The notes under the pieces were generated by a model. The model ran no database searches. It saw only the letters and a program-made list of their open reading frames with translations, and had not been told where the DNA came from. Of a stretch of DNA of 64,000 nucleotides, positions 50,791 to 63,124 are shown piece after piece. Position numbers and translations under genes: made by a program. Numbering within the stretch: position 1 is the first letter of the stretch; each line of letters starts with the position of its first letter. This stretch comes from Malacoraja senta (taxonomy: Eukaryota): positions 14,510,001 through 14,574,000 of the forward strand of contig CM075990.1 of NCBI GenBank assembly GCA_038087875.1, written 5' to 3'.

Positions 50791-51232
50791 TGATGGGATC
50801 CCTCGATGGAGGAGATTTTGGTGAATTCCACAAATACCAAAAGACGGATTCCAGAGATGAGAGGAGTAAAGGCAGTATTAGATTAAGAGTGGCATAAGGT
50901 CAGTGGGGATCAGGATAAAATTTCCACAGTGGGCAGCGGCATACTTTAGGGCAGCACCTGTGGAAGCAAAGGGTTCATCAACATTACAGGTCGAGATCCT
51001 TGCCCGGATGCAGGGCGTTGACCTGAAATGTCACGATGCCTTTGCCTCCACAGATGCTGCCTGACCTGCCCAAGTGATCGAACAGTTTATTTTTTGGTCC
51101 TTTATTGTCACTCTAACATACCTTCACCACTATGACTGCAGCGACTGAAGGTTGTTGACCATTACCTTGTCAAGGCCAAATTTGGATAGGGGAAACATTG
51201 TGGCTTTGTCAGTGGACACAAGATGCTGGAGT

Positions 51233-51368
51233 ATAGGGCCTGTCCCATTTGGGCGTCATTTGCACATCACGCAGGTTGCGCGCGAAGATGTTGTGAATCC
51301 CAAAATCCTGGGGTGCCACGCACGACCGCGCGTCGTGACGCGTAAATGACACCCAAGTGGGACAGGCA
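51233..51368. mobile_element. Short MITE inside a PLE terminal repeat
   Basis: TIRs gcctgtcccatttgggcgtcattt / aaatgacacccaagtgggacaggc; PLE sequence at about 51213-51232 and 51359-51418. Confidence 0.75.
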
Positions 51369-52151
51369 GCATCTCTGGAGAGAAGGAGTTTGTGATGTTT
51401 CGGGTCGAGACTCTTCTTGGCTTTGTCATTGATGGCAACATCCTGCAAATAATACAGTATCTCCGTCGTGCTTGCATATTGCTATTATTTAATTCAATAC
51501 TTATTATAATACACACAATAGATTTATGGCTGACTTTATACAGCACCAACAGAAGACCTGTTGGGCGGCAGTACAAGATGATCTCCAGAAGGAGGCACCA
51601 GTGTTAGTTTCTCTTGACTAATTCCTTTATTCTTTGGGGGGTTTCCGGGAGAATCAAAATGTCCTCTTTGAAACAGCAGTGTCTTTAATGACACTAGAAG
51701 TTAGGAAAAGTGCTATCTGCAATATGCTTTTCATTTAGTATCAGTCTCTGCTAAATGTTGTTTAGCTTTTTTTAATTAAAAAAAAGGCAAGCCTTTAATT
51801 TATTTTCCCCATATTGATCTGATAATCAAATATTTGTAATCTCCTTGATAATCAGCCATCCAAAGCGTTTAATAGAAATTAAAAGTTCAGAAAAGAGAGA
51901 ACAAGGAATACTATGGCACAGATACTTCAGCTGTGCAAAACATAATGCTAAGATAAACTAATCTCCTCCATCTGCATGTGATCCACATCCCTTCTTTCCC
52001 TGCACGTTCATGTTCCAATCTAAAACCCTGTTAAACACCACCGTATCTGCCTCCACCACCATCCCTGGCAACACATTCCAGGCACCCACCATATTCTGAG
52101 TAAAATTAAATTTCCAGCATATCTCCTTTAAACTTTGCCACTCTCACCATT

Positions 52152-52572
52152 CATCATTGGCAGACACTCGAAACGAGTATGACTGCCCTCTCTTCTCCAT
52201 AGGGTCGTAGGACGCCTGTGCGTGACTTTTTTTTAACGTGGGGAGATGGTGCACAGGCAGACATCACGCGGTCCTTGACAGATCTGGGTCAGGATCCAGT
52301 GGCATGGAGTCCAAGACGACCGGGGACCTTTTTCTGCTGCAGCCTTCATCCACCTTCCAGCCGTTGTGACACTCCACTAAAGTCAGCCATCATCCTCCGC
52401 TTGTTCCACCGTTGAAGTCTTGGTTGGATTGCTCTTTGTCAGGGACCTCCCCCTCGACCTTACCACCATGGGTGGCCCTATCAGGAGCATAGCTCCATAC
52501 GGCATCGTTCTCAGGATCTCAGGACCATACAAGCTTCTCCAACACGACAAGGTGACAATCCACGGAGAAGAT
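52152..52572 (-). mobile_element. Non-autonomous (bipartite) RTE-clade retroelement
   Basis: 10-bp TSD TCTCACCATT (52142-52151/52573-52582); RTE-like 5' end (gtcaccttgtcgtg...agggccacccatgg...ctgacaaaga); 3' tail ...tgccaatgatga; no ORF; inserted in a CR1 relic. Confidence 0.8.
52425..52570 (-). ncRNA. HDV-like self-cleaving ribozyme motif
   Basis: P1 CUUCUCC/GGAGAAG; P2 UGGAUUG-UC/GA-g-CAAUCCA; P3 ACC/GUU (one mismatch); L3 UUGUCGU; 1-bp P1.1 G-C; P4 base AGGG/CCCU; J4/2 GA-C-AAA with a candidate catalytic C at 52438. Confidence 0.7.
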
Positions 52573-53640
52573 TCTCACCATTAAAGCTATGCTCTCTCTC
52601 TATCTTTAAACATTCCCCTTAAAGTCGGAATTTTCACAGGAGTTGGCAGATCTGTAGGTTGTTTTGCAGCAGGTTGTAAGTGTAGCAATTAACGGATTGT
52701 AGACAAGGTTAATTTGATAGTGCCCTTGGAGTTACATCCAAGATATTCAGTGTTACTGGAACTCCTTTGAGTTTGTGAATTTCTGCCTGTCTGCTCAGAA
52801 CCTAAATCTCCTAAGGCACGGTTGGAAAAAAGCAGAGGCTGATAGAAAAATGCAATATAAAAACACGTGGGTTTAGTAAATGGAACAATTTATTATGCAA
52901 CAAAACTGTAATGGCCATGAGGGGAAATAGAACCAGTCAAGAAAAGGAACGGTAACAAATTATATCAATTGCATAATAGAAGTCATGTACATTTGCACTG
53001 GAGAGCAAGCATTGCCAAAAACAAAGCAACATTATAAGATCTTTCCCTTACTTTAGCAGACCTGGTGAGATCATTGAACCTAAAACAACACAGTAGATTT
53101 GTCTCCTACAAGGATATTGTCATTTATTGTTATCTTCTTCCTGGGATTGTCATCTATGAAATGTTAGTTTGGTAAGCAGAACAGGAACTTTGGCTTCTTG
53201 AGATAATTGTGACTTTCAGTGACCACAACAACCCAATGAAGCAATCTCGGTAACTGGTGCATCCGATTTGCCACCAGAAAGCACAATAGCTTACCAATGT
53301 AGTGATCTTCCAGTGATAGTCATGGGGTTGACTAGGTTCGATGGAAGTGTTGTGCAGACATTGTCCAGTATCTGCAGTTTCTTGTATCTTCTGCCTACCA
53401 TGCGAAAGTTCCTGCCAAAATGAAAATGGGCTTTTATTAACAAAAAAAAAAATATTTCCAGTAATTGAGACCAGATTTATTTTGCCAGAGACACAAGGAA
53501 CTGCAGATGCTGGAATCTTGAACAAAACACAACATGCTGGAGGAACAACAGGTCAGGCAGCATCTGTGGAGGCAATGGACAGGCAATTGAAGAACTGATA
53601 AAAACTGCAACAACAAAAAAATGGGGGGGGGGGGGGGGGG

Positions 53641-53965
53641 GGCAACACAGTTGGGTGGCTGGAAGGGATGATGCCTCACAGTGCCAGAGACCCGGGTTCA
53701 ATCCTGACCTTGGTTACTGTCTGTGTGGAGTGCGCATGTTCTCCCTATGACCATGTGGGTTTTCTCCAGTTGTTCTGGCAGCTTCCTAACCCAAAGACGT
53801 GCAGGTTTGTAGGTTATTTGGCCTCTGTAAATTGTTGTTATTGCATTGGGCAGTGGATTGAAAGGTGGGATAAAGTGGGAACTAGTGCAAATGGGAGATG
53901 GATAGTTGGTGTGGACTTGGTGGGCCGAAGAGCCTGTTTCCACGCTGTATCTCCAAACACTAAAC
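53641..53965 (+). mobile_element. V-SINE
   Basis: ccagagacccgggttcaatcctgacc, V-domain, tail. Confidence 0.8.
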
Positions 53966-56299
53966 CCTGCCACTGATGCAATAAATGTTGACAGATCCAC
54001 TCGTCTTTTTTCTTCCATATGGTTCGTGGAAGACCTTGTCCATTATGTTTTGTTTAGTGCTGGCTGGAATCTGTACGTTGGAAGAATCCCATACCCTGAT
54101 GCAACTGTGTTCTCAAACCCAAACGTAAAATGTGTAAATTAAATTAAAAAATGAAAACTGCTGCTTCAGAGTTTCCAGAATGCAAAGAGCGCTCACATAA
54201 ATAAGGCAGAACTGTCAATTATTGTTACATCAGAGGCTTGGTTCTTGCAGTGTTTACCAGTTCATAAGAAAACATGCTCCAGGGGACACGAGCAGTGGGT
54301 TTGATACCACCTTGAGTGACGGGCACCTTTATATTTAATTGGAGACTTCATCTTCAGCTCCAAAACGTCCCTGCACTATTTCATCTTCAAATATCTTTAA
54401 TTTAGTTTATATTTTCAAATGTTTGGGGAGAGCAAGATGTGCCTTCCAAGTATTTTGGAAAGATTTAAGGTTTGCATTTCAAAACTGTTGCCTGGTTCAA
54501 GAATGTATAATCAGAAGTCTTTACCTTGCTGAATCTAATATGCCCTCATACAGGAATGCATGTTGGCACAAGTGGGGAACATATTGCTATTTTTAAATCG
54601 GTCTTCCAGTCATCTGTCTGGTAATATCTTTATTAGCTATTTTCCTCAGTTATACTGACAGCAGTTAAATAAAGCATTACTTCCAAGAGAAAAAGTTTTG
54701 CCCACTCGATGCCATCTTTCCTCTCAGGCCTGTTCTCATCTGCACAGTGTTAGATGAACAGGGGGAAGAAACATTTCACTGGACTGTGTGTCATTTGTCC
54801 AGTCCTTGCTGGAGGTTGAAACTTACTTGGATTTGTGCTGCTTGTGTCACGGTGAAAGCAATGCAGGATTAATCAGCTATAGGGTTTTATCCTCTCACAA
54901 GTCAGTTCAAGGTAGCTGATAATAGTTTAACTTAAAAGCAAATAATCCTTTATCAAGGACACAGCAATGGAATTTCTGTTTGGGTCTAGGCTCGGGCTCA
55001 TTATCTTGTGTGCCGAGGTACAGTGGAAAGCTTTGTTTTGCGTGCTAGCCAAGTAAATCGGGTAATACTATACATAAATACCATCAAGTCAAACTTGGGT
55101 ACAATAGTTAGAGAGAGACTTTGAAGAGCAGAGTGATTGTATTGGATGATACTCGATCCTCCTCTGGGACTAGCATGCAAAGAGTTGCCACGTTCCTGCA
55201 CCATCTTGAAGGAGCCCTTTTGAAATTAGATTGACGAGTCGGTGGGTCAGTATTGCCTTCTGACTGTAATTAATGATTCTCTGCTTGGTGTTTAAGATCT
55301 GAGAATTTAATCTGGGTCGGCCTTGTAACGGCAATACATAGTGAAGCAGATGTTTAGTAATTAAGGGGCCAACAGGTGATGAAAAGTGCTGCACTTTTAC
55401 ATTTTACCTGCTGTTCGAAAGCTGCATGCTTTGAATGTCGCTGGCATGGCTATTTCTCAGTCAGGTCTAAAGTTCACAGGGATGATTGACTGTGGGAGAG
55501 TTAGCTAATGTTGTGTTAAATCCAGCCACCCTCTGACCATAATGAGAGAGTTTGGAGTGATATATTGGGTCATCGTGACATAAACAGGACGGTGCAAAGA
55601 ACATCTTGTAAGTCAATGAAATGGAACCTTAAAATGAACGAGTCTGCGACAGAGGAGGGGGAGCAGATGGAGCCATCATTTACCGTTTCTTTAGGTTATG
55701 TTATTGTCCAGTAATTTAGTCTAAAGATGGCATGAAAAGAAAAGGTAAATTTCCACCACAGCGTGTTTCCACATTTTCAACACTCATTCAGCCAATAAAT
55801 CATACAACATTAGTTTATTAATATTATTAATGTTAATAACAATAAAGTGATTGTTACAATTAACATTGATAATGTTTAAGAATCTTAGAGTATATTTGTT
55901 TTTGTTTGCTTGATAAGGTGCACGGTCTGGTCCAAAAGTCTTCTATAGTTTCTGTCTTTCACCACTATGGGACACTATCTACTGCCCAAATCCGACTCTC
56001 CTGCCTGACTTTTCCACTGCAAAGTCGTCCCAGAGCCATGATGTGATGGCACCACCTCCTCTACCATTCCCACTCATTGTAGCTCACATTTGGTATTGAG
56101 TAGGGAAAAATATCAAAAGGCTTTGTGCATTCCTGCACAGTATTAATGCTCCAATAGTCAGTGGCATTGTGCCAATGTGAATACTGGTCCGTACTGCAAG
56201 ATTTACAAGCTGATTCTCTACGTATAATCAAGTCAATGTTCAATAAGAAACTGGACACATAATACCCCAGCAGTAACCTTCCTTAATATTGAAGGCTGC

Positions 56300-56880
56300 A
56301 TCGCTCTCCCCATGCGGCCTTCCATCAGGCTGGAGCAGCGTTCCTGCCGGGACCACAGCTTCGGCGGCACAGCGCTGGGACACCAACACGGAGCAGGCGA
56401 TGCCTTGTCGGGTCGCCGCTCCAGAGTGCTGTGACCGCCGACCACCAGCATTGAGTCTGCGGTTTGTGGTCTGCGGTCTGCGGTCTGACGGCGTCCCGCC
56501 GCGGGCGGGCGGCGTTGGATCGAAAACACCGTGGAGTCAGAGTCGGAGCTCCAACCGGCGCGGCCTGAAGACTACGGGCGTCGCAGTCTCCGGGGAGGGA
56601 GCGGCCGCTCCGGACACTTCCAAGCCGCTGAGGACTTTCCACCCGATGCCGGTGTTCCAGCTTCCCGGCGGGTAGGGGCCTATAATCATCGGGCTGCCGT
56701 TGCAGCGACTGGCTGCGGAGCCCTCAAACTGGCCCCGACCTCGGGTGGACTAGGAGGAGGACTGGACATTTTGGTGCCTTTCCCTCACAGTGGAGAGTGT
56801 CGACTCTGCTGTGGGGGGATGTTCATGTTGAATCTCTAATAGTGTGTCGTGTCTTTTTTATTCTACCTTTTTTACTTTTT
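56300..56880 (+). mobile_element. CpG-rich non-autonomous retroelement body
   Basis: GC-rich; 3' part homologous to 38930-39000; the overlapping ORFs here have no recognisable homology. Confidence 0.5.
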
Positions 56881-56881
56881 T

Positions 56882-57296
56882 ATTTGAAGCTCAGAGGGGA
56901 CCGTGCCTTTGCTGTGTCGGCACCCAAATTATGGAACGATCTGCTTCTCCACATTAAACAGGCCTCTTCTCTGTCTGTTTTTAAATCACTTCTTAAAACC
57001 CATCTCTTCTCCGTGGCCTTTGATACCCAGTAAGATGTCGACTTTATTTACCTGATTTGATTTCTAATTTCTTATTTTGATTGCTTTTATTGCATGGCTA
57101 TTATTTTTACTCATATTTTATGTCTTTTAATTTATTGTTGTATTTCATATGTAATTTTTGCGCCTCATGTGAGCTGTTATGTTATGTTCTGTTATGTTGT
57201 CTGTCTATGATGTCTTGTTTATTCTTCTGTACAGCACTTTGGCCAACATTGGTTGTTTTAAAGTGCTTAACAAACAAAGTTGGATTGGATTGGATT
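56882..57296 (+). mobile_element. L2-clade LINE 3' end
   Basis: LKLRGDRAFAVSAPKLWNDLLLHIKQASSLSVFKSLLKTHLFSVAF; 3' stem-loop gtacagcacttt...aaagtgct and (ttgga)n tail. Confidence 0.85.
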
Positions 57297-57589
57297 CCTT
57301 ACAGATATGAGAAATGTTATGGTTGAATTTCACGTGATTTTACAGAGAAACTGCAGCGGGCAAAGAGAAGTCGGATAAACAGTTAACGCACAGCTCTTAT
57401 GGAAAATAACACAATCCTGCTTTCTGCCAATTTTGGATTGGGCTATGAAATTCCTCGTTCATTTATTTGGTGGGTTCCAGATATGGTATTCACCACCGCA
57501 CATAATTAAATGTCAGTGGTTTTTCAAGATGTTTTGCATTAATATCAGAAGAGCATTTTTTTAAAAAAGAGAATCACATCGGGCAAACC

Positions 57590-57865
57590 TCTCAGAACAA
57601 GAGAAGCCAGCACCAGGAGTTGGTGATGATGATGTCACTTGAAACTCATGAAAATATGTTTTTGTGCAGATTTGTTCCAGTGGACTTATCTGAAGTAGCA
57701 CTGTGTACAACAACCTGTGACTGTGGCACACAGACCCAGACAATGCAACACTTGCTGTATAATCCATGTACGACTGCAGACCTTGCATATAACACTCCAA
57801 TAGCGCAATGATGTGTACAGCAGTGGCGAGCCACTATATAGCATAAGGGCACGAATGAAGAAGAC
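57590..57865 (+). mobile_element. Ingi/Vingi-type LINE 3' relic
   Basis: TCDCGTQTQTMQHLL zinc-knuckle-like motif, PCTTADLA...W..TI*, very short UTR ending gcacgaatgaagaaga. Confidence 0.55.
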
Positions 57866-58042
57866 TGTGTATTCTTTTTCTCCCAGGTATGAAACAAAAA
57901 ACCTCATATTCCCAGTTGTAATATTAAAGCCGCCAACATGAATTGCTGTTAGTGGAACCTTTTCAATCCCAAGGTACGGTACAAGCAGAAAGGAAGACCT
58001 CTACCCACCCCGCCCATCCCATGTTGGAAAGGCATTGTCTCT

Positions 58043-58323
58043 GAGTTTAGTTTGGAGATGGAGTGCTGCCCTTTAGGCCCACCGAGGTTTACCAGCAATC
58101 CCAACACACTAACACTATCCTACACACATTAGGGATAATTTACAATTTCACCAAGCCAATTAGCCCTCAAACCTGTACGTCTTTGGAGGGTGGGAGTAAA
58201 TCTGGGTTCTCTGCGAAAACCCACGCAAGTCATGGGGAGAACACACAAACTCTGTACAGACAGCGCCCGTAGTCAGGATCGAACCTGGGTCTCGCAGCAA
58301 CTCTACCCCTGCGTCACCGTGCC
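58043..58323 (-). mobile_element. V-SINE
   Basis: Tail, V-domain and head on the minus strand. Confidence 0.85.
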
Positions 58324-59799
58324 GATTCTTGGGAAATGCTTGTGCTGTGTTTCTGACTGTAAATCCTCTTTCGTAGAAGTTACACTTTACAGTTGGACAA
58401 CTACAACATTTTGTTTCCGTTGCATTTTGGAATTAAAGTTTTGTATTTTCTGTTTCAGTCTCGTGGGCATTATCTTCATTGCATGGCGGCATGCTTGATA
58501 TTTGTGTTTTCTTTCCAGAGGCATTGTCAGGCCCCATAATAGACAAAACTGTGAAATGCCGCAAACTCTTGAATAGGCGGATGTGACTGGGTTACACTTC
58601 CCTTTGATGTAGGTGGGAATGGTCATTAAGTTTCACAGACTTCATAAAGAACGACCATGTATTTTGAAACTGCTTCCAACATGATTAAAAAAACAATTTC
58701 TTTGTTAACGTGGACAGGAAATTTGCCTGGGAAACATTCCTGAGAAAGCTAATCTGAGTTTTATTGCCCCTGAATGAAATGGAAATGAGAAAATTCCACT
58801 AACCATGTGAACAAGTTAACTGATTTTGAACCAATTTCAAACTGTTGTAGACTCAGGATATTACCCATAAGTATTGGTGAATGGAAAGCTCAGATGTGAC
58901 TGAACGTGAAAGCCAAAACCAATTTGATTTTAAAATGATTTCCAACTGATTTTTGTTAAGCAATGTTGTGTGGAGGTTAACAGGCCTCAAACCGATTCGT
59001 GTGGGACCCATCCGCTAAGTTAATCCCAGAATTGACTGTCATGTGAACGAGAATTTTGTTTCGTCGGAGTGAATTCTGGACGGTCTGTGTTTAATTTTCT
59101 GTTAATGCATGCTGTGTTTTTTGAAAAAAAAAAAACGATGCTTGAAGTTCTAACACAGACAGGATGGGATCTGTCACTCAGCTTATTGCATGTTGATGAG
59201 TCAGTGCCGTTTCAGCTGTAAGCAGTGTGTGATTTATGGACATCAAGTGAACTCCTACGGCAAGGCAGCAATGAGATCACAGCGGCAACAGGGCCTTTTT
59301 TGGCTGGAGACAGTGCCTGCATTTTTCTGATTCATGCCAAACTGCTTTGCACGGCAATTAGCTCTGTCCTCATTTAGTCTCCAGTCCCAAAGGGTAATGA
59401 AAGTCATATATCATCTTCAAAGCTGCTAATTATCCAGCTCAGTTACAGGTAGGCTTTGTAACTCTGAGAAGGCCTGTCTGCATGATATTTATTGCTCTTC
59501 CAATAAGCAAGCAAAAATACTTTCTTGAAAGGTTGCCCATACCCCTGCAATACATCCTTGACATACCTTTTGCAAATGTGTTAGTCAAAGGGGAAATGTC
59601 TTCATTCCAGAGAACTCATTTTTCATTCTATAACTAAACATACAGCTAGAAGAGAGCAAATGCATGAAACCCGAGAGCTCGTACATTTTGGGGGTCATTG
59701 TGTCTCTGATGATTAACGTGAGCAATTTTAAGGCCTCGTCCACAAAGGGAAAAGGCTGTGCTGGCAACTCGCTGGCAGGGGACGACCCTAAAATGTCCC

Positions 59800-60680
59800 A
59801 CCTGTTGTTTTTCAGGTTTCGAGCAAGGCTACCGCGATAGGGAAAGAGAGACAGACGGAGAAAGAGAGAGAGAGAGAGAGAGCACGAGCCTTGAAATAAT
59901 TTGTCACTGCTCATTTCTGCAGGATGCACTAAAAACAAGATCATGCAGGATGAGGGAAAAAAACTGAGAAAGAGGCTACTTTAAGTATCAGAAAGGGGCT
60001 AATTGTCAAGGTTACATCTCAGAAAATGATTGATGTTCGACTGGTTTTCCTGTCAGCCTGTCACAAGGCAGGAATGTTTAATGTTCTCATTATTGGTTAC
60101 GCTGTTGTGTATATTTCCCTGTCAGCGAGGCAGACCCATCTGAACTGGAAAGCACTTCAAAGCCCTGCAGGTCATTTATCATCCTCCTGACTCTCAGAAT
60201 GTTCAACCTTAGCTGAGTGCTAGTGATTTGTTATGACTTGAGACCCATCTGACAGACAGGTCTTCTGTAAAAATAATTCATTTTTGTCACACTGTGAAAA
60301 CATCAATGTTCCCATAATGGCCTACAACTGTCAGAGGAGACCACCACCTGACAGTTGTGTGGTCTCACTAATTTGCAGCCCAGTGACTGTTTCCTTGAGT
60401 TTAGTTTCAGTTACCGTGCCAAGTCGCCATCTGTTATTTGCTGCCTTGGGCACGGTATGCAAGAAAAATGGATATGCTAATTGGAGTCACATATTAGTTT
60501 CATATTTAACACCCCTGGTTAAACCTCGTTTTTTGAAGTAACGCTTTAAAAAAAAAAAAGAGCAAAAGAAAAGGGACGAGTGTGTGTGTGCGCGCGTGTG
60601 TGTGTGTGTGTGGAAGAAAGAGAGAGAGAGAGAGAGAAGCGAGACTGAGTGAGCAGTTGTGACAAAATACAAGGGCTTTG
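59800..60680. promoter_or_regulatory. Candidate promoter/enhancer region of an unidentified host gene
   Basis: Lies within about 3.9 kb lacking recognisable TEs; GA and GT microsatellites; Inr-like CTCAGTC on the minus strand (60643-60649); cluster of TGACAG and TGATTGAT motifs. Confidence 0.35.
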
Positions 60681-62204
60681 TTTCCCTTCCCGACCACTGA
60701 CATGATTAATCGTTTTCTTCAGATCTAATTTTGGAACATAAAAAACACCACATTTATCTTGAAGAGGAATGATGTGTTGTACGCACAGATGGAAATTTCG
60801 AGCAGTGAAAAGATTAAAGTGAAATTCCACTCCTCAGACCTAATCATGGGTTGTAGATTATAATGTCGCTGTTACCAGATGGTAGGCTTGATTCCACAGC
60901 CCCTTCTTATATTAATGAATATTATACTGTTACATTTGACTTTGGTAAGTGAAATGTCTATCAAGTCTAATGGACTGCCAGCTAGCATAACACATGTTGT
61001 ACCACTCACATCTCCGATGCATTTTTCATGTATTATACTAATGTAGAGCATTTTATTTCCCACTGTTTTCCATCATTGTCAGTGTTTCCTAAATCTTTTC
61101 TTCACACAGAGGAAAAGTAAAACTTGCATTCCGCTTCAATTTTCCCACGTAGGTCATGGCTATAACTCTGCAACTAAAACGGTCACCTCAGGCCATCGGT
61201 ACAAGAACACAGTAGTAACTTGATTAACTTCCCAGTCAACATGACTGGGTATAAGCCAGCACTGTAACAAATGTTAATTCTATTGATTTGCGTGGACCCT
61301 GAAGTCTCTGTACAGAAAAGTGCACAAAAGTATAAAGCAACCTTTTTTTTTTTTATGAGCATTTCCTTGCTACTCATTATTCCCTTCAATGAGTGCTTTG
61401 AAAGCTGCCTGTCTTAAAGAGAGTCCCACCCTTGTTAAAAGTGTTGTAAAACTTGCGGGCCCACATCTCACGTCATTCCCCCTCGTTGCACTCCTTGATG
61501 CAGCTGTGGCCGCTTATAGCTCGGTCATAAACATGCACAAGACCCACCCGCCTCCCTCTGAGGCATCGAGGGAACCCAGCAAGATTAAGACACTTTATTA
61601 GACACTTAGTACTCCCCCCCCCCCCCCTAATGTACTGGGCACTGAAAAGGAAATGGCCTCCATGATAATGGTAATGTGGATGACAGGACATTTTGTTTGC
61701 TCATAGTTTTAGTGAATCAAAACACAGAATTTTCAGGATGTGTTGTTCATTGAGTATTTTAAAACAGTAACGTGGTCGAACAGTAAAGGTATTAAGATAA
61801 AACCTATAAAATTGCATCCTCTGTACATTTTTTAAAATTAAATGTGAATTGCAGTAGTTAGGATTGATTATAGAAAATTTGTTTCTGATGAAGATAAAAG
61901 AAACACTTTTAAGTTTATGGACATTTAAGTAAAATACGCTGGAGGGTTGAATAAGTGTAATTTTGTTTTTAATAGTGTCCTTCTGCATCCTGGATCGAGG
62001 TTCAAATGGAAAGTATAGTAAAGGGATTACATTTACTTCCTCTGCTGGCTGTAAGCATTTTCTGTTCTTGAGTGTTGGCAACATGGAGCCCGATGTTAAA
62101 TTTAGTTGATCTTCAGAGCAAAATGGCCATTGCTGTTGGCAGTAAGCTGGTTGATTCCTGGTAGAGGTGCAAGATCTCTTGTGTCACAAATTGGAATGAT
62201 TCAC

Positions 62205-62522
62205 GGGTGTCAGAGGCGTGGCGGGTGGAGCTGCTGCCTCAGGGTGCCATTGGCCCTAGTTTGATTCTGACCTTGGATGCTGCATGTGTGGAGTTTACAC
62301 ATTCTCCCCGAGACCAAGTGAGCAGGTGCTCTGGTTTCCTCCCACATCCCCGAAACGTGTGGATTTGTTGGCTCATTGGCCTCTGTAAAATATCCTCCAG
62401 CATATAGAGAACGGATGAGAACGTGAGATAACATAGAACTATTATGGAAAATGTCCATGGTAGGCATGGACTCAGTCAGCTGAAGGGTCTGTTTCCATGC
62501 TGTATTTCTAAACTAAGCTAAA
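62205..62522 (+). mobile_element. V-SINE (diverged)
   Basis: gagctgctgcctca...ggagtttacacattctcccc...gtttccatgctgtatttctaaactaa. Confidence 0.8.
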
Positions 62523-63124
62523 TCTGGTAGAGAAACATCCTGCAGTAGATGGACATTGTTAGATTGGAGATATTGAAGTTTTACACTCTATTTTCCCCAA
62601 ATCACCTTTTTATCTGTGGGTGCTTGAAGCTAATGTAAAATACTGAAAGCCACAAAGAATTATACCCCCACCCTTGAAATATAGGGTTTAAAATACACAT
62701 TTGATGTTCTTCCAATGTTTTTTTTGTTGCAATTTCTGTTTATATTATTTGCTGCTAATATATTTTGTATATTGTCAAACTGAGGGAAGGATATGCGATT
62801 AGGATCCAATCTGGTTACACCCTTGCATCCTGTAACTACAGTGCCAGTGGAGATGCAGCAGAACCAAAGGCAGTTCAGTACAGACCCCCACCTATCCTAT
62901 GCAGGAGAGTGCGTTTTCACATCTTCACCTGAAATCAATGAGAAATCCATTGACTTCAAAGGAGTGGATTTAAGAGGCAGAGTACATTGTGCTCCCATGT
63001 CACTTACTTACTGCAACTGACAGGCAATAATTTTCCTGGCAAATATACTTAACTACAACCGAACTGCATTGTCTCTCATGTCCCCTCTATTCCAATCAAT
63101 CCAATGGTTGATTTGAGAAATTTC

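Noticed and set aside
56233..56839. CpG island with overlapping ORFs as a gene promoter or exon
   Set aside because: The 3' part matches the repeat at 38930-39000, and the ORFs reflect high GC with no homology.
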